A stretch of 64,000 nt of DNA from Eledone cirrhosa (GCA_964016885.1 OZ024741.1:91760001-91824000), one strand, 5' to 3'. Counted from the first letter of the stretch, positions 37,740 to 51,945 are shown. The notes: a model not told the origin generated them from the letters alone. Program-made: numbers and translations.

Positions 37740-37813
37740 CGAAACGTGTTCTCCGCTGTTCGTTGTTTTGAATATCGATATTCAAAACAACGAACAGCGG
37801 AGCACACGTTTCG
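37740..37813. repeat. Loopless ~74-bp palindrome
   Basis: CGAAACGTGTTCTCCGCTGTTCGTTGTTTTGAATATC|GATATTCAAAACAACGAACAGCGGAGCACACGTTTCG, one mismatch. Confidence 0.9.
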
Positions 37814-38249
37814 AAGTTCTAGTCCTGTAGAAACTATTTCTATATTAAATATTTACACTCTGCTATGTATTTAGTACCTCACTTACTGTGGTTACCCTCG
37901 ATTGAACCCGAGATAAACTTATCTATCTATAAGTTTTGTTTAAATTTCTTTAGAAATTCGTCATTGTGAACTTTTATTTTTATACCAATTTGTAGAGGGA
38001 CTGACAGGTCAAATTTTGATCTGGTCAGTCTCCCAAAATATCGTGTCCCTCAGGGCAAAAACATCCAAAATATTTTCGAAAAAAAAATGTTTGCAAAACA
38101 CTTCAATTTTTTTAAAATAGCTGAAGCAAAGGCACTTACTTCTTTGTCAAAACAAGAAGATGGGAAGGGATAGCCATGCCTACTTGACCAGCAGGTAGTA
38201 GCAGACAAAGGAATGCCTACATTATCGCCTCAACATTTAGAAGAGTCAC

Positions 38250-39931
38250 ATGTATCCATACACAAACGTCACATGTATCCATACACATAAGAAAGTATGT
38301 GTAGCAAATACTAACACCACTACAACCAACAACAACAACACAATAAATGAGAACAACAACAACACAACAAAAGGAATCAGTGGCAACACAACGAATGAGA
38401 CCATCATCACCACCAACAACAACAATAACAAAATTTCATTTGCAGCAACAGTTGCTAAGCAACAGGATTTTCAATACTACTCCATGGACATTTCCCAAAA
38501 GTCCCAATATTTGGAAGAAGCTTCCAACTATGTGACGTTTGAGGGAGACACCCCACACATACACATACCTCCAGAAGTAAGAGAAAAAGAAGCTAATTTA
38601 TAGAACAGTTGACATCACTACCAAAAAACCCATAACGCTCCCAACAATCACTATTGAAGCTGCACTAAAAGACATCAAGCCAGACGTGGCATACCTTCAA
38701 AGAGGTAAACAGTATAGAAGTGTGTCAGTGCTCTTTAAGAGCGAAACTCTGGCACAAAAACACTCGGTTCAGCCAATAAAAACGGATCAACACATCTTCT
38801 TCAACATATACATGGGAAGAAGATCCTACAAAATAAAAATAACCAGGATCCCAGCAGAGGTCAACATATGGTGGATCCTACGCTGCATCCTGAAGAAGGA
38901 TGAGGACACCCTCCTATCTGTAGACAGGACAGACCGGCATAACTGGTTTGGAACCTGCATCGAGGTTCTGGTACAAATGAGGCCAGAGAGAGTTGAGAAA
39001 ATACCGGACAGGATCGTCCTTGAAGAAGATGTCATCTCTATTTTAGTGGAGGGGAAAAGAGCTCAGTGCCATAAGTGTGGGAAAACTACACACTTAAAGG
39101 CCTTTTTCCCTCTCTTAAACAAACCGAGGACAAACAAGGTGTTATTACCAACACCAAAACCCCATCAACACTCCAAACCAAACACAACACAAACACCTGC
39201 AACATCCACTTCCACACCACCACAGACCAGAGACAACCACACACAAAATCCCACTGAAAAACCTTCCATGTCCCCCCCCCCCTGTCAAATACTTCCACAA
39301 ACACCTGCACAAACACTCCACCACACAACATACCCATCCCATCTACCCCTGATTCAGAAGTCTCAGATACGGGAACCTCTACATCTCCAAGTGAGAATGA
39401 AGAGGAACCCCAAAAATCCAAAAAACAAAAAAGACACAAAAACATCTACAGAAAACACGCACACACCCAACCCCACCATAAACACACCGCCACAAACGAC
39501 AAACACACCAACAACACAATCACCACTAACACAACCATACATTTCACCAACAAAACAAACACCCACACCACCACAATCACAAACCCCAACCACAAAAAAA
39601 AACTACGAACAGAAACAGTACACATAAAAAACAAAACACACTACACATACATAAAAACAAGAAACAAAGAACGGAAACTGTCCGAAAGGACCCCACAATA
39701 CAAACGGAAGGGAAAACCTTCCCCACCAACGACCCATCCCCAAACCTCAAACTTATCAGGGTAACAACCCTACAGTATGAAACTTTAAAAGAGAACTTCC
39801 CACATGATGTGGGCCCCCCTTGCCAAAAGCCCCTTAACCGTTTCCTGCTAAAAGGATTCCCTCCCTCCCCAAACACCACCAATCTGGACATGGAGATCGA
39901 ACAACCCGACCTCCAGGAAACTAAAAGGTAA
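38250..39931 (+). pseudogene. LINE ORF1 (zinc knuckle, Pro/Thr-rich tail), frameshifted
   Basis: ORF pieces 38250-38603 and 38686-39627 plus a terminal piece ending ..QETKR*. Confidence 0.7.
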
Positions 39932-39971
39932 GTGTTCCTGCCTTTTCTCTCCTTAACTCTTCTTCACCAAC

Positions 39972-42900
39972 ATGGCGACTATACAAGCTGGTTGTTTGAA
40001 TGTACGTGGCCTGGGCATGTCCTGGAAACAGGGCCAGCTTTTAAATGATCTCAGGTCACATTGTATAGATGTGATAGCCATCACCGAGTCCAGGATTCCC
40101 GACAAGCATCAGCTAACCCCCATGTTCGAGGATTTTGAGATCTACGCATCTCTCTGTCAGCCAGGAGGTAGAGGGGGAGTTGCTGTTCTGTTTCGAAAAA
40201 ACTTGCATCTCAAAATACAGACGATTCACGTGGACCCGGAGGGAAGCCTGGTGGTCCTGAACGTGAATGGTAGTGAAGGTGGAGCTTTCAGATAGTGGGA
40301 CATCGCGACCAGAGTTTTTCAAGCGTGTGGAGCCATTCCTGGGAAAGTCTCGTTCCTTAGTGTTAGCGGGGGGCTGGAATGGCATCTTAGACGCACGTTG
40401 GGACTATGTAGGAGCTTGTGATAATAGAGGGGGGGGGGGTGTAATAGCCTCAAAAATCTCATCAGCAAATTCCAACTGGCTGATAGATATCGACTAGACT
40501 TCCAAAGTGCACCACTGTGGACTTGGAGCAACCGCACTGGGTCTTCTAGATCGTATTTAGATAGATTTTTAATTAGACAGAATGATAAGGAAATATTAAG
40601 CTGTCCACAAATTCACATGGTTGCCTATTCAGATCAGAAATTAGTCACCAGCGTAGTCAACCTTGATAGAACACATAGACAGGGATCCGGATACTGGAAG
40701 CTAAACATGTCGCTCCCGGCGCGTAAGGCCTACAGTAAACGGATTAGCACCTTTGTTAAGTGCCAGTTGACGGGGGCGATCGTCAACAACAGGTGATGGA
40801 GCTCTCTCAAGAGAACAATTAGAATAGAATCGATAGCATTTAGCAAGGAAGCAGCTTTGAAAAAAACAAAACTGAAAAGGAATTGGTAGCTAAAATAGAA
40901 GAGGCAGTTAGGAATGGCAGTACAGCTGACGTGCTAGCGGCGAGAACGGCACTAGACCAGTTCTTCAACGTGAAACGCGAAGGTTGTATTGTCAGAAGTA
41001 GAACACGTGCTCTAAGAAACGAGGGATCCAAAGCTGTTAGCAGGGCCCGAGTGGCAGAGGCGAAAAGTGGCAACAATCCACAATTCGGTCTTTGCAAGAC
41101 AAAGATGGACGCATTATACTTGAATCCAAGCAGATATGCGCGGCCTTCCAGCAGCATTTTGCACAACTGTTCGGGCAAACCGGTACATCGAGCGAGGTGA
41201 TGGACTTCAGCTCCTACTTCGACGGCGTACTGCGACTCTCGAGCACGGATGCGGAGAGCTGCGAAAGGCCGATCACAGCGGGCGAAATAGAAGATGCCCT
41301 AGGCCGCTGCGGGAAACGCAAATCACCCGGTTTAGATGGTCTACCCTATGAGTTTTACATAGGCATGCCAGACTTGTTCTCTGGCGTCCTCAAAGCGGTC
41401 TACTGCAACTGGCAGCAGAACGGGAGGATTCCCAGTTCTGTAGGCAGAGGTGTAGTAACGCTGATCAGGAAAGATGAGAACAAGGGGGATGAGATAAGCA
41501 ATTTCAGGCCCATAATTCTGCTCAACACAGAGTTAAAGATTTTGGCCAAGGTGTTAGCAGCAAGGCTGGCGCTTGTCGTCGAGAACCTGGTAGGGGAAGC
41601 CCAAACGTGTGCAATCCCGACCAGGTCCCTACACGACAATCTCCACCTCATGCGATACATCATAGAGAGGGTAGGGTGTAAACCTGGCTTTGGTGGGGCT
41701 CTGATCAATTTAGATCATTCTAAGGCATTTGATAGGGTCGATCATCAATACTTGGAAGTAGTTCTCAAGGCGGCCGGCTTCGGTCCTGTCTTCAGAGGCT
41801 TGATCGCTGCCACGCACACCAGCATCTGCTCGTCAGTCAAGGTGAATGGCTACCTATCAGACCCATTTCAAATCATGTGTTCAATCCGTCAGGGATGCCC
41901 TCTCTCCTCCATTCTGTATGTACTGACTCTCGAGCCGTTACTGCGGAAATTGGAGCTGTTGCATGGCATCCCGATCGAACCAGGACTGCGGAAAGCAGCG
42001 TCAACCTATGCCTACGACATAACCGTAATGGTGTCGAAAACCTCGGAAATCAGGGTAATCGGCAACCTATTACAGGAATACAAAACGTTGACAGGAGCAA
42101 GACTAAACCCAAACAAGTCTGTCGGTTTGCAACTCGGCTCATGGAGAGGCAAACCCATGCCTTCCGACAGTGTCGTTGGACGCTGGACGGAAGGACCGGT
42201 GAAATTGCTCGGGGTCTGGTTCGGTCCAGACCTCCAGGTGGACAAGAACTGGAACGAGGTCACGGCGAAGGTGTTTGCACTCACCCAGAAGTGGGCTCAG
42301 TGCAAACTCTCCTTGAAAGGTCGAGTGGAGGTGGCGAACACTTACATAGCGTCCGTCATCTACTAACGCTTGACAGTCGTGCCTTGCCCCCACGAATACC
42401 TTACCAAAATGGAACGCCTACTCTTCAAGTTCCTCTGGAAGAAACATGCTCCATTAGTGAGGAGATCCATCTGCTCTCAACACCCTTTTAACGGAGGGCT
42501 GGGCATGCCGTGGCTGATGATGCGCAAACATGCGCTGAGGTTACGCCATCTCCAGGTATTCCTGACCGGTGAACCGGTGTGGCTGTCGTTTGTGAGACAA
42601 GCTCTTCCACAACTCGTCTCACTAACAGAGCTGCAGTCCTGGGTCAAGCGAAGACCGAAAATGGGTGCCTGGTACCTCGAGTGCCTACAGGCGCTCATAG
42701 CTCTCTACCAAGCGGAAACGGCAATCAGCGGAGACTCCACTTCGACATTCTATAGGGGATTAGTGGAGGATAAGTGCGACGACGTTCTCGGGGAAACTCT
42801 AGGCATGGAGGAAGACGAACTGACCAGTCTGTTCGGGGGGACTTTCCGTCTAGAGCCTATGGATAACTTCTAGAGGTCTCTGGCCTGGCAGTGCTACCGA

Positions 42901-43445
42901 GGAGCTCTACCAGTTCGAGACAAAATCTACAGGCACGGACGCCCTGGCAGAGATCCTGCCAAAAGGACCTGTCCAAGATGCGAGCAGGACATAGAAACCG
43001 CTCTGCACGCAATTGTTCAGTGCACAGGGTGACCGACCTGTGGAATTATATCGAACAGTTACTGTCACGTGTAGGACGCATCCAGTTGTCAGCCGAGTCC
43101 ATCGTGAGGATCACCCCGCCGCCTTCATTTAAGAACGAAGGAGAGGCGGTTTTCCCCTGTCTGGTGGCTATGGCGAAAGAGGTAATATGGTGGACGAGGT
43201 TAAAAGGACTGAGGGAAAACACCTTTCTCTCCGGACAACAACTTATCCCCTTCTTTAAGTATCACTTCGGAAGGAAGGTAAGAGTGGAGAGAGAGGTGCT
43301 ACACCCCAGTACATTCGCTGAAAGGTGGGTGAATGTGGCAAAAATGGCCCGAGTGAATGGGCCTTCTCTGTATATAAACCTGTATGTTGAGGAAGATAAA
43401 CAGAGGGAAGACAGGAACACCTACAAAACGTGTTCCTGGCGTTGA
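39972..43445 (+). pseudogene. LINE ORF2 (AP endonuclease + RT), broken by stops and frameshifts
   Basis: Collinear pieces 39972-40295, 40267-40497, 40883-41200, 41092-42366, 42370-42873, 42891-43445. Confidence 0.9.
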
Positions 43446-43648
43446 GGGTTGTTCTATCCACGGGGTGTAAAACAAACCTGCAGTAACGTTCACCCCTTTT
43501 GGGGATTTCAATTGTTATTTTATTATATATAGTTTATTGTTATTTATTAATGTTAAAGTTATTTTTATGTAAAACCCCGCCGTCACGTCTTGTAATGTCC
43601 CATTTTTCTACGCCCCTGTGGCAAATAAAGAAAGATATCTATCTATCT

Positions 43649-43724
<76 letters not shown>

Positions 43725-43839
43725 AAATGTGTGAGATCCTTGGTACAGTTAGGTATATTTGAGAAAAAGGAAAAGAATGACTTCATTTGTAGTGTTAAAA
43801 AATGTGATTTTATTTTACAATATTATAATATTATGAGTT

Positions 43840-43902
<63 letters not shown>

Positions 43903-44879
43903 TGATAAATTCACCAATTAATGGTAGGGTCCAAGCCGTATGAAAAACTCAATGTACTCCGTATTTTAAAGATGTCGTGAAGCAAAGTTTAAAATGCAAG
44001 ATTTCAACGATATAGTTCATTGGAAGCAGAGTCAAAATAATACAAATAGGGAAAACAATAAAATTAAACAAAATTCATAGTAAAACTCATTATTTTACGA
44101 TCGTTTCTGGGGGAGGGAGGGGGGTAGTTCTTCGTATGTTCATTCTATTAGTGATCTATGTAAAATATATTACAAATTATCAAATATTATTCAATAAACA
44201 TACATACGCATGTTTATTGAAGAATATAAAAACGTATGAATAAGTAACCTTTTAAGAACAAGGTTGAGATTGACCAATAGTAAAAATAGGAAGGGGCAAT
44301 ATAGATCATTAAGCTGGTAGTAGTAGATGAATAAATTAGCAGTCGGGGGATGAGGTATCGAATGACCTTTAAGAAAAGAAAAAAAAGTTGCGAGTGTAAA
44401 GGAATTTAGACAGATTGTATAGAAAAGTGTGGACGGTCAAGGAAGATTAAAGCTGGAGGAAAAGGGGTGCAGATATCAGTGTGTTATATCTAGTAGAATA
44501 GTATAGAACAATCCTAAATATTTGTTATTTCTTTGTTCAAGAGGAATAATTTGTTCTAAAAATAGAACAAGTAGAGGAATATAGATGGAACCAAAGAAAA
44601 GTAAAATTTAGATTAAAAAATATATAGGTAAGAAAATAATAAAATTTATGTAAGTATTGTATTGTGTTAGAGTGGTCAGAATTAAGTTTTACCTGTAGGG
44701 AATTTTATTTTCGAATACGAAATCTCATTAATAATCTGGTTTTATTAATAGGTTTAAATATTAAAGTGTTGTTAGAGTGTTGAATATAATGTAATATATA
44801 GTGCTCATTAATAGTTAATTAATTAAAACAGTTATAGGGATGAGATATAGGATTGAATCTATGGATTAATTCTAATAGC

Positions 44880-45033
<154 letters not shown>

Positions 45034-45066
45034 AATAGTGAAAACAATGATATTAAACAAAATACG

Positions 45067-45112
<46 letters not shown>

Positions 45113-45115
<3 letters not shown>

Positions 45116-45860
45116 TGTGTCCATCAGTGTTTCTAGGACACCAGTTTCTTGAACTCTATTTTTTATTACTAATTTTGTTTTTTGTTTTTTTTGTTTTTTC
45201 TTAGATAAATATTGCCAGACATTAAATTGACTCGGCAAATGAAAAGGCACGCGGTAATCGTTTCCTTAAAAGTACAGCATAGTGATACAGTGATAGCTTC
45301 CTTCTTGAAAGTTACCAAGTCCTTCATTGTCAAAGTTAGAAAGGATCTGAAAAATGCTGACAGGATCCAGCATTAGCAGCCAAGTGCAAAACGCATGCAT
45401 GAGTTTCTAATGCAATCATAACGCCCACGTTTGTAAAAGAGGTTAACAAATCGATCGATAAATCTACAGGAAAATTAATCAGAGCCATCGCAAAGGACCT
45501 TAAGTTCAGAATGTACCATCAGAATTGTCCATGAAGACATCCGATACACATTGCATGTGATGCGAAGAGTCCAGTTTATGTCGGATATGACAAAAGAAAT
45601 TCGTTTGGTTCGTGCAAAGCACTTACTGAATATGATAGAACACCAAAGAGTTAGAATGCTTTGGTTATTTTCTGAGGAGAAAAACGGTAAACCGAATAAA
45701 GGATGGACGGCTATGCATAAACCCAAATGATTCTCCGACTGTCATGTGCACCAGCATCTGTGATGGTTCTGGGTGTCACCAGCAACGTGGATGTCATGCC
45801 TTCTCATTTTCTTTTTCTCGGGGCTTAAGAGTCAAAAGCCCGAGAAAAAAAAATTAGAAA
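45113..45860 (+). mobile_element. Degenerate Tc1/mariner (maT/DD37D-like) transposon
   Basis: Starts TA|CTGTGTCCATC; broken transposase MKRHAVIVSLK..IVHEDIRY..RLVRAKHLLN..WLFSEEKN..SVMVLGV. Confidence 0.7.
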
Positions 45861-45890
45861 GCACATCTCCCTGTATATATATGAACAGTG

Positions 45891-45938
45891 AACTGTACTG
45901 ATGAAGGGTAATACCCGGAAAAATTAGTGTCTGCAGTT
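45891..45938 (+). ncRNA. Type I hammerhead ribozyme, family K
   Basis: AACTGTA-CTGATGA-aGGGT aat ACCCg-GAAA aattagt GTC-TGCAGTT. Confidence 0.75.
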
Positions 45939-46322
45939 CTGTTTACATGCCAACACAAGGGCAAGAATGAAGGACTCATTCTACTGACATGGCTTTAAAA
46001 ATGAGGCTTGTTTGCATAATTGCAAACGAATCGAATATTATTATTAATATTCGAAAAACTCAGACATTTAAAGTATTCAGCTATGTAGAGCGAATTTTTT
46101 TTTAATTTGAATATGGCAAAGCGGGCCATTGATCGCTCGTATACAGGAAACTGACTGGCCAGTCTGCTGATATGCAAATCTGGCTGATCAGTGGATCTGC
46201 TAATATGCAGATCTGACTGATCAGTCAATCTGCTAATGTGCAAATCAGGCCGATGAGTCAATGTATATTTTAGAAAATATCATATATTTTCACTTGCTCT
46301 GACAGTTGGCAGGTGAAGAGTG

Positions 46323-46370
46323 AATTGTACTGATGAAGGGTGATACCCAGAAATATTAGTGTCTGCAGTT
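46323..46370 (+). ncRNA. Type I hammerhead ribozyme, family K
   Basis: AATTGTA-CTGATGA-aGGGT gat ACCCa-GAAA TA ttag TG TC-TGCAGTT. Confidence 0.8.
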
Positions 46371-47249
46371 CTGTTTACATGCCAACACAAGAGCAAGAAT
46401 GAGTGGCTCATTCTACTGACATGGCTTTAAGTGTGTGTGTGTATAAGAAGTTGAAACTACAATAGAAGTCTTTCAGAAGGTTTATTTACAATAATTTTTT
46501 CCTCTACCGGTTTCACAATTTTTATGATTTTCAAAAGTCAAGAGAGATGGAGAAATGTGTGGCTATGTCGACCTCTAACTCGCATCTAATTGATGTTGGG
46601 AATTTCTTTCAATTTTATACAAAAATGTGGCTCAGTTTGCTATATATTTGAAATACGATTCGATAGGTTGGGAAGATCATGTGATTAGGTATCGAATTGT
46701 TTTTAATTTAGCGCCAAATATTCGGGAGTGTTCTTTCAGGGTTTTGCAGAAAAGTGGCTTAAGTTTAAAGTATAATTTGATAGGCTCATCACGTGAATTT
46801 GGTGGTACTTTCGGGTTTGAACAATTCATGCTTAACATATTCAATAGTAGATGGCAGTTACTTTTGTATTTCTATACTTAACCCTCCCCTTCCACCCACC
46901 ATGGCAGTGTAATTTAAGTATCTTTTCTGTGTAAAAGGTACCGTCTGATTTTATTGTAAATGTTTAAACATATTTAATTTTCCCTTATGATTATAAAAAT
47001 AAAAATCCTTTTCAGAGAAATTGATGATTCAAAAGTTCCAAGCCTTTATAGATTGAATTTTTAAAGCATTTATATCCAGACAGATGTATCCATACTCTAT
47101 ACCTCAGATCAGCCAGCGTTACTAATTAGAGGAACTGTATGATAACAACAGCAATATCGATAACACCAAAACAAAACATAATAAAAACACTTTTAGTGAC
47201 GTTTAGAATCTAAACTTTAGATCGAGGTTAATGAGATGAAAATGTTCAG

Positions 47250-47920
47250 CCACTGCCAGGAACTGTACATGCAATTCTTTCAATAAAAATAGAGAGCATT
47301 TGAAATATTTAACAAATTTTAAACTGCATTACAATATAATCAGGTTTAGAGGATGCGAATTAGTTTGCTTTGTTCTTTCTCGGTAAACCCGAGCATTTCC
47401 AGGCTTTTATGTCACACAGCCCAGCACAACCATGATGATAAGAACAAATGAGAATATATAACCAGAATACAATAGATTTTGAATCTACATTGATCTATCA
47501 TTGTTGTTTTCTTCACCTGTATACATAGACGAGATATTCACATCTGCTATGCTGACGACATCGACAACAGTACATGACTTTTTATCCTGTCCTATAAAAC
47601 AATACGTGGTCTGATGTATTTTTAGTGGAATGTTCCTCTTCTATACAATGTTTATAAAGATGTGGAAACATCCTCGTTCTAGTATAGTCTTGACAATTCT
47701 TTGTACAGTAAATAGTTTTAGCAACAATATCCTGTCTCATGAGAAATTTATCTATTGCAAACATTTCTCGGCAGTTGTTCATAACTTGGATGATATCTTT
47801 CATAACAGAATGACATATTTGACATTTTCTATTACAAAATGGATGTTTGGAAGTACCATTATCTTTTTTAGATATCAAATCTTTAGTATCTATTTTCTGT
47901 TCATAAATAAATGGCATGTG
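47250..47920 (-). mobile_element. Degenerate R4/Dong-like non-LTR fragment (Zn finger + restriction-like endonuclease)
   Basis: KCQICHSVMKDIIQVMNNC..RQDIVAKTIY, then CTVVDVVSIADVNI and FVLIIMVVLG in other frames. Confidence 0.55.
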
Positions 47921-49135
47921 ATATATCTATCGCAGATCCAAGAGAGGCTACACTTCCTATCAATATCAATGTAATCCTTTAGCTTACAGTTTCCATGGTA
48001 AAAGGGGCTCGTTGGTTTAGTACAGTCCACATACCCTTGGTTAATCCAAAACAACACAGCAATAAAAAGAAACTTGCTCGGTAATCTGCAAGAGAATTCC
48101 AAAAAGAATCTGAGGTAAGAGTGCAGCGTGAAAATCGAGTGTAAAACTCTAAACGTGTTAAGGGTCTCCACATAAGCTTTAATACATAAGTAAAAAAAAA
48201 CATGACAAAACAAAAAGAAAGTACTAGAGAAAAGCACATTGCAATAATTTAACGCTTATAAATAGAAAAGAAGTCTTAATGTTTCAGACGATATTTCTCT
48301 ATCGGAAAATAGATACAAATCGAAGAGACGATGTTTGGAAGTGCAAAGAAAAAGTTAGTCAGACGAGTGAGAAAAATTACACATGTTGCATATGAGCCAA
48401 CTCTTTCTATTTTGCTCCATTTGCCTTTTTTTCATTTCGTTTTTTCCTTTCGTCTCTCTTACAAACTTCCTCCTCCAACCTCTTTTTCTTTGTCTTCCAT
48501 TGAAAGACTGGCATCTGAAATGTTAAGAGTTTTTATAACTCCTTACAAACCTTAAACTAATGTATCATCACTGTAATGCTTTGTTTTCTGATATTTTCTT
48601 TTTTTTACTTAACCTTGAGTAACATGAACCTGTTGTTTCCTCAGAGCATCTATTCAGAAGTTCTGCATCTATTCTCAAGATTCTATTTTCATTGTTGATT
48701 AACAGTTTTATTGTTCTAGCTTATTAAGGTTCTGTGTTCAAATTTCACCGGGGTCACCTTTGCCTTTCAGCCTGCCAGGTTCGATAGAATAAAGAGAAAA
48801 TAAAGTACCAGTCGAGAAATAGGCTGGATATAATTGACTTTCTTCTTGTCTCGAAATTGCTGGCCTTGAGTCCAAATCAGAAAACAATATCTTCATTATT
48901 GATTATATAATGGTGTGCTCATTTCTCTCATTTCTGTTCAATAGGTGCTGTTTGATTGATCGGATGAGGTGCTCAAAGGCTATTTAAACCGACTTATGCC
49001 TCATATTCCATTTTAACAGATATAGTGTCAAAGTCACTGTTGATGTAGTTATCATCAGTGGAACTTACTATCTTCTTAGTTTCGGATCTCTCTAAGTGCA
49101 CAGTCTAGTATCCCAAATACTAGCACAAACATTGG

Positions 49136-49420
49136 TATGTAATGTATGTATGTACGTATGTAGGTAGGTAGATAGGTATGTATGTATGTTTGTAAGTATG
49201 TATGTATGCATATATGTATGCATGTATGTATATATCTATGCATGTATGTATGTATGTGAGTATGTATGTATGTGAGTATGTATGTATGTGTTTGTGTATG
49301 TATGTATGTATGTATGCATGTATGTGTGTATTCATGTATGTGCGTATGCATGTATGTATGCATGTATGTGTGTCGAGATGTATGTATATATGGATGGATA
49401 GATGTGTGTTTGTATGTATC
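49136..49420. repeat. Degenerate (TATG)n microsatellite
   Basis: Seen directly. Confidence 0.9.
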
Positions 49421-51627
49421 CATCTATGTACATTTGGTGAAAGCATGGCTTTGGAATCGACATTCAGAAGTGTGCCATCTTAGGCAAGTGATCTTTTCCA
49501 TAGCCTCAAGACGAGTCAGGCATTGTGGGTGAAATTTATGGTTGGAAGCAGCATGGTAGGCTGTCGGATTAACTCTCTCTAATTCAAATACTCAATACTA
49601 TCGCTCATAGTTTCAGGCTGATTCTGTTAGTTGCTTACATTAAGAGTTCACATCTCAGTGGAATACTCAGCCGTTTTTATATTGATCCAACTAGTAGGTA
49701 GAACAGCTGATCGAACAGCTGAAATATTTATCGTTGAAACTGACGAAAGATCCATATTTTACTTTTTGTATGCAAAGTAGACATAGCATGAAAAAAGTTC
49801 ACTTGGCAATCATAAGGTCCCAGGTTCGACCCAGATGCGTGGCATTTACCCAAGACTTGTAAGTGGAGTTGTGTCGACGGAAGAAACTATTTGAAAGCCC
49901 TGTTGGATAGCGACTTCGATTCAATTCAAAAGGTCCACTTTGTCACACACTGTGTCACGGTAAAGTACACGAGTTGGAGGAATGTTCAGCCATTTGTATT
50001 TTAATTTTCATGAGCAGGAGTACCGTTGATTGAATAACTGGAACATTCATCATCAAAACCAACGGATAACCATTCCATTGTATGAATTGCAAAACAAACT
50101 AGATTATTGAGAGAAAGCGAGTGGAGAGAACAGAAAGTTCTTTTAAATAAACATTGATTATTAAAATAAATTATTATTCCTCTAAATATGTATTTCTAAT
50201 TACCTTAGCAATTTATAGAGAATCGGCAAGCTAATAAAATTATATAGAAAAGAAGACAAAACTTAGGATGACGGCGAAATTTATTGGTTGTCTTTAATTC
50301 AGAGAATGGCTTAATTGAAGCAAAATGTCTATGATTAGATTAATAATAAACAAATATATTTATAAACATTATTGAAAACTGGTGTATTTGATAGAATATT
50401 GAAGTAGATGAGACGAATTAGTTGAGTTGTTAAAGCGTTGGAATACATGTATCGATATTTGTTCCAGCTCCTTGCACTCTGAATTCAAATCCCGCCGAGG
50501 TTAACTTCGTGTTTAATCCTTTTGGGGTCAATTGAATAAAGTACTTATCAAGAGGCCGTGAATTGGCAGGATAGTGAACGTGTCTGGCACTATACATTCT
50601 ACATTCTGAGTTCAAATCCTTCCTCCTTCTGGCAAGTGTTTCAACTTTTCAGCACTGAAAAGAAAATTCTTTGATAAGAACTGACGATCGGCTCCTTTCC
50701 TTTCCTTTCCTTTGAAGCCGACAGGAGAGAAGCGACTTTCGTGTTCACATTCTTCCAATTATAATTTTTCTCTTTACTTAAATTGTTTTCACGTGTATTT
50801 CTACCTTATACTATATTCGAATCTACAGGTGGGCAATTTATCTCACAAGCGTATATTATCTTTCATGATAGTGAACCATAAAATAAACATTTAGATATGT
50901 TAGATTCCATCCATCCTTTGAACCTCAAATCCGAATGTTATCTATGGAGCCACGACATGATATACAGCGTGACATAGGGCATTTGACATAGGGCATTTGA
51001 ACAGAACTAATTTCTTCTAGAGAACGAGGGATAAAGGAATTCTCGACCGTTGTACTGAATTGTTACTTTAGTTAACGACCTCCAAATGATGAAGGGCAAA
51101 GCTGATCTAGATGGGATGTGAATTCAGAATGAAAAGAGCCACATCAAATAACACAAAACAATTGGTTCTGCTAATTCGTCACCTTCAATGTTGAAAAGTC
51201 TCTCTTAGGTCATGAAAGACCATGGCTTTCACCTAGTAAGTACTTTTTCTAACAACCAAACACCTTGCATTGGTACTTTATTTATCGACCCCAAAATGAT
51301 GAAATGCAAAGATGACCTTGACTGAATTTTAACTCAGATAGCAGAGAGACAGAGCGAATACATACTGCAAAGCATTACTATCCAATATAATAACGCCTCT
51401 GACAAATCGTCAACTTATATTTTAATGTAAATTTACTCAAAATTTAGTGAATTGGCAGAGTCGTTAGAACTTCGGATAGAATGCTTTGCACTATTCGATC
51501 CGGCTATCAGTAATATGAGTTCAAATTTCGCCACAATCAACTTCACCTTTCATCATTTCGAGATCTATAAATATAGTACCAGTCCAGTTCTAGGGTCAAT
51601 TCTTCCTCTACATCTCTTTCTCTGTGA

Positions 51628-51945
51628 AGGCACGCAGCTGAGTGGTTAGCGTGCCTGGCTCACGATAGTAAGGTTGTGAGTTCGATTACCGGCGACGAGT
51701 TGTGATCTTGAACAATAAACTTTCTTTAACGTTGATCCAGTCCACTCAACTGGCAAACATGAGTTTAACCTATAATTCAATGGTTCATCCTTTTCACATG
51801 CTGTGTCACGCTTAATCTGGGTATTGCGTTAAGGGTACATATATTTCTGGAATTTTCAGTCACCTGCACATTAATCTCCGGAGCAGGCTGTTCCATTGAT
51901 CAAATAATTGGAACACGCGTCGTCGAAACCGACGTTGATCCCACA
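51628..51945 (+). mobile_element. tRNA-headed SINE (family B-related)
   Basis: GCAGCTGAGTGGTTAGCG A box, GAGTTCGATTACC B box, 3' block shared with 3770-4040. Confidence 0.7.

Larger units (their letters stand above)
38245..43640 (+). mobile_element. L1/Tx1-type LINE, near full length, degenerate
   Basis: ORF1 with Zn-knuckle CHKCGKTTH; ORF2 APE (LNVRGL, ITES, YLDRF), RT (KSPGLDGLPYEFY, NFRPI.LLN, KAFDRV, RQGCPLS, YAYD), C-terminal CPRC..ETALH; AATAAA then (TC)/(TA)n. Confidence 0.92.
45886..46430 (+). mobile_element. Non-autonomous retrozyme-like element (two HHR repeats, 432-nt period)
   Basis: ~45888-45998 repeated at ~46320-46430; three ~33-bp internal repeats at 46150-46260. Confidence 0.75.

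Noticed and set aside
44090-44140. HHR-like remnant on the minus strand (similar ones near 37660-37697, 48270-48305, 48495-48530)
   Set aside because: Core or helices too degenerate to call
46150-46262. Three ~33-bp repeats as a CRISPR-like array
   Set aside because: Contiguous tandem repeats without unique spacers; eukaryotic context, no cas genes
51628-51700. tRNA gene
   Set aside because: A and B boxes present but it runs into a SINE body and I could not fold a full cloverleaf
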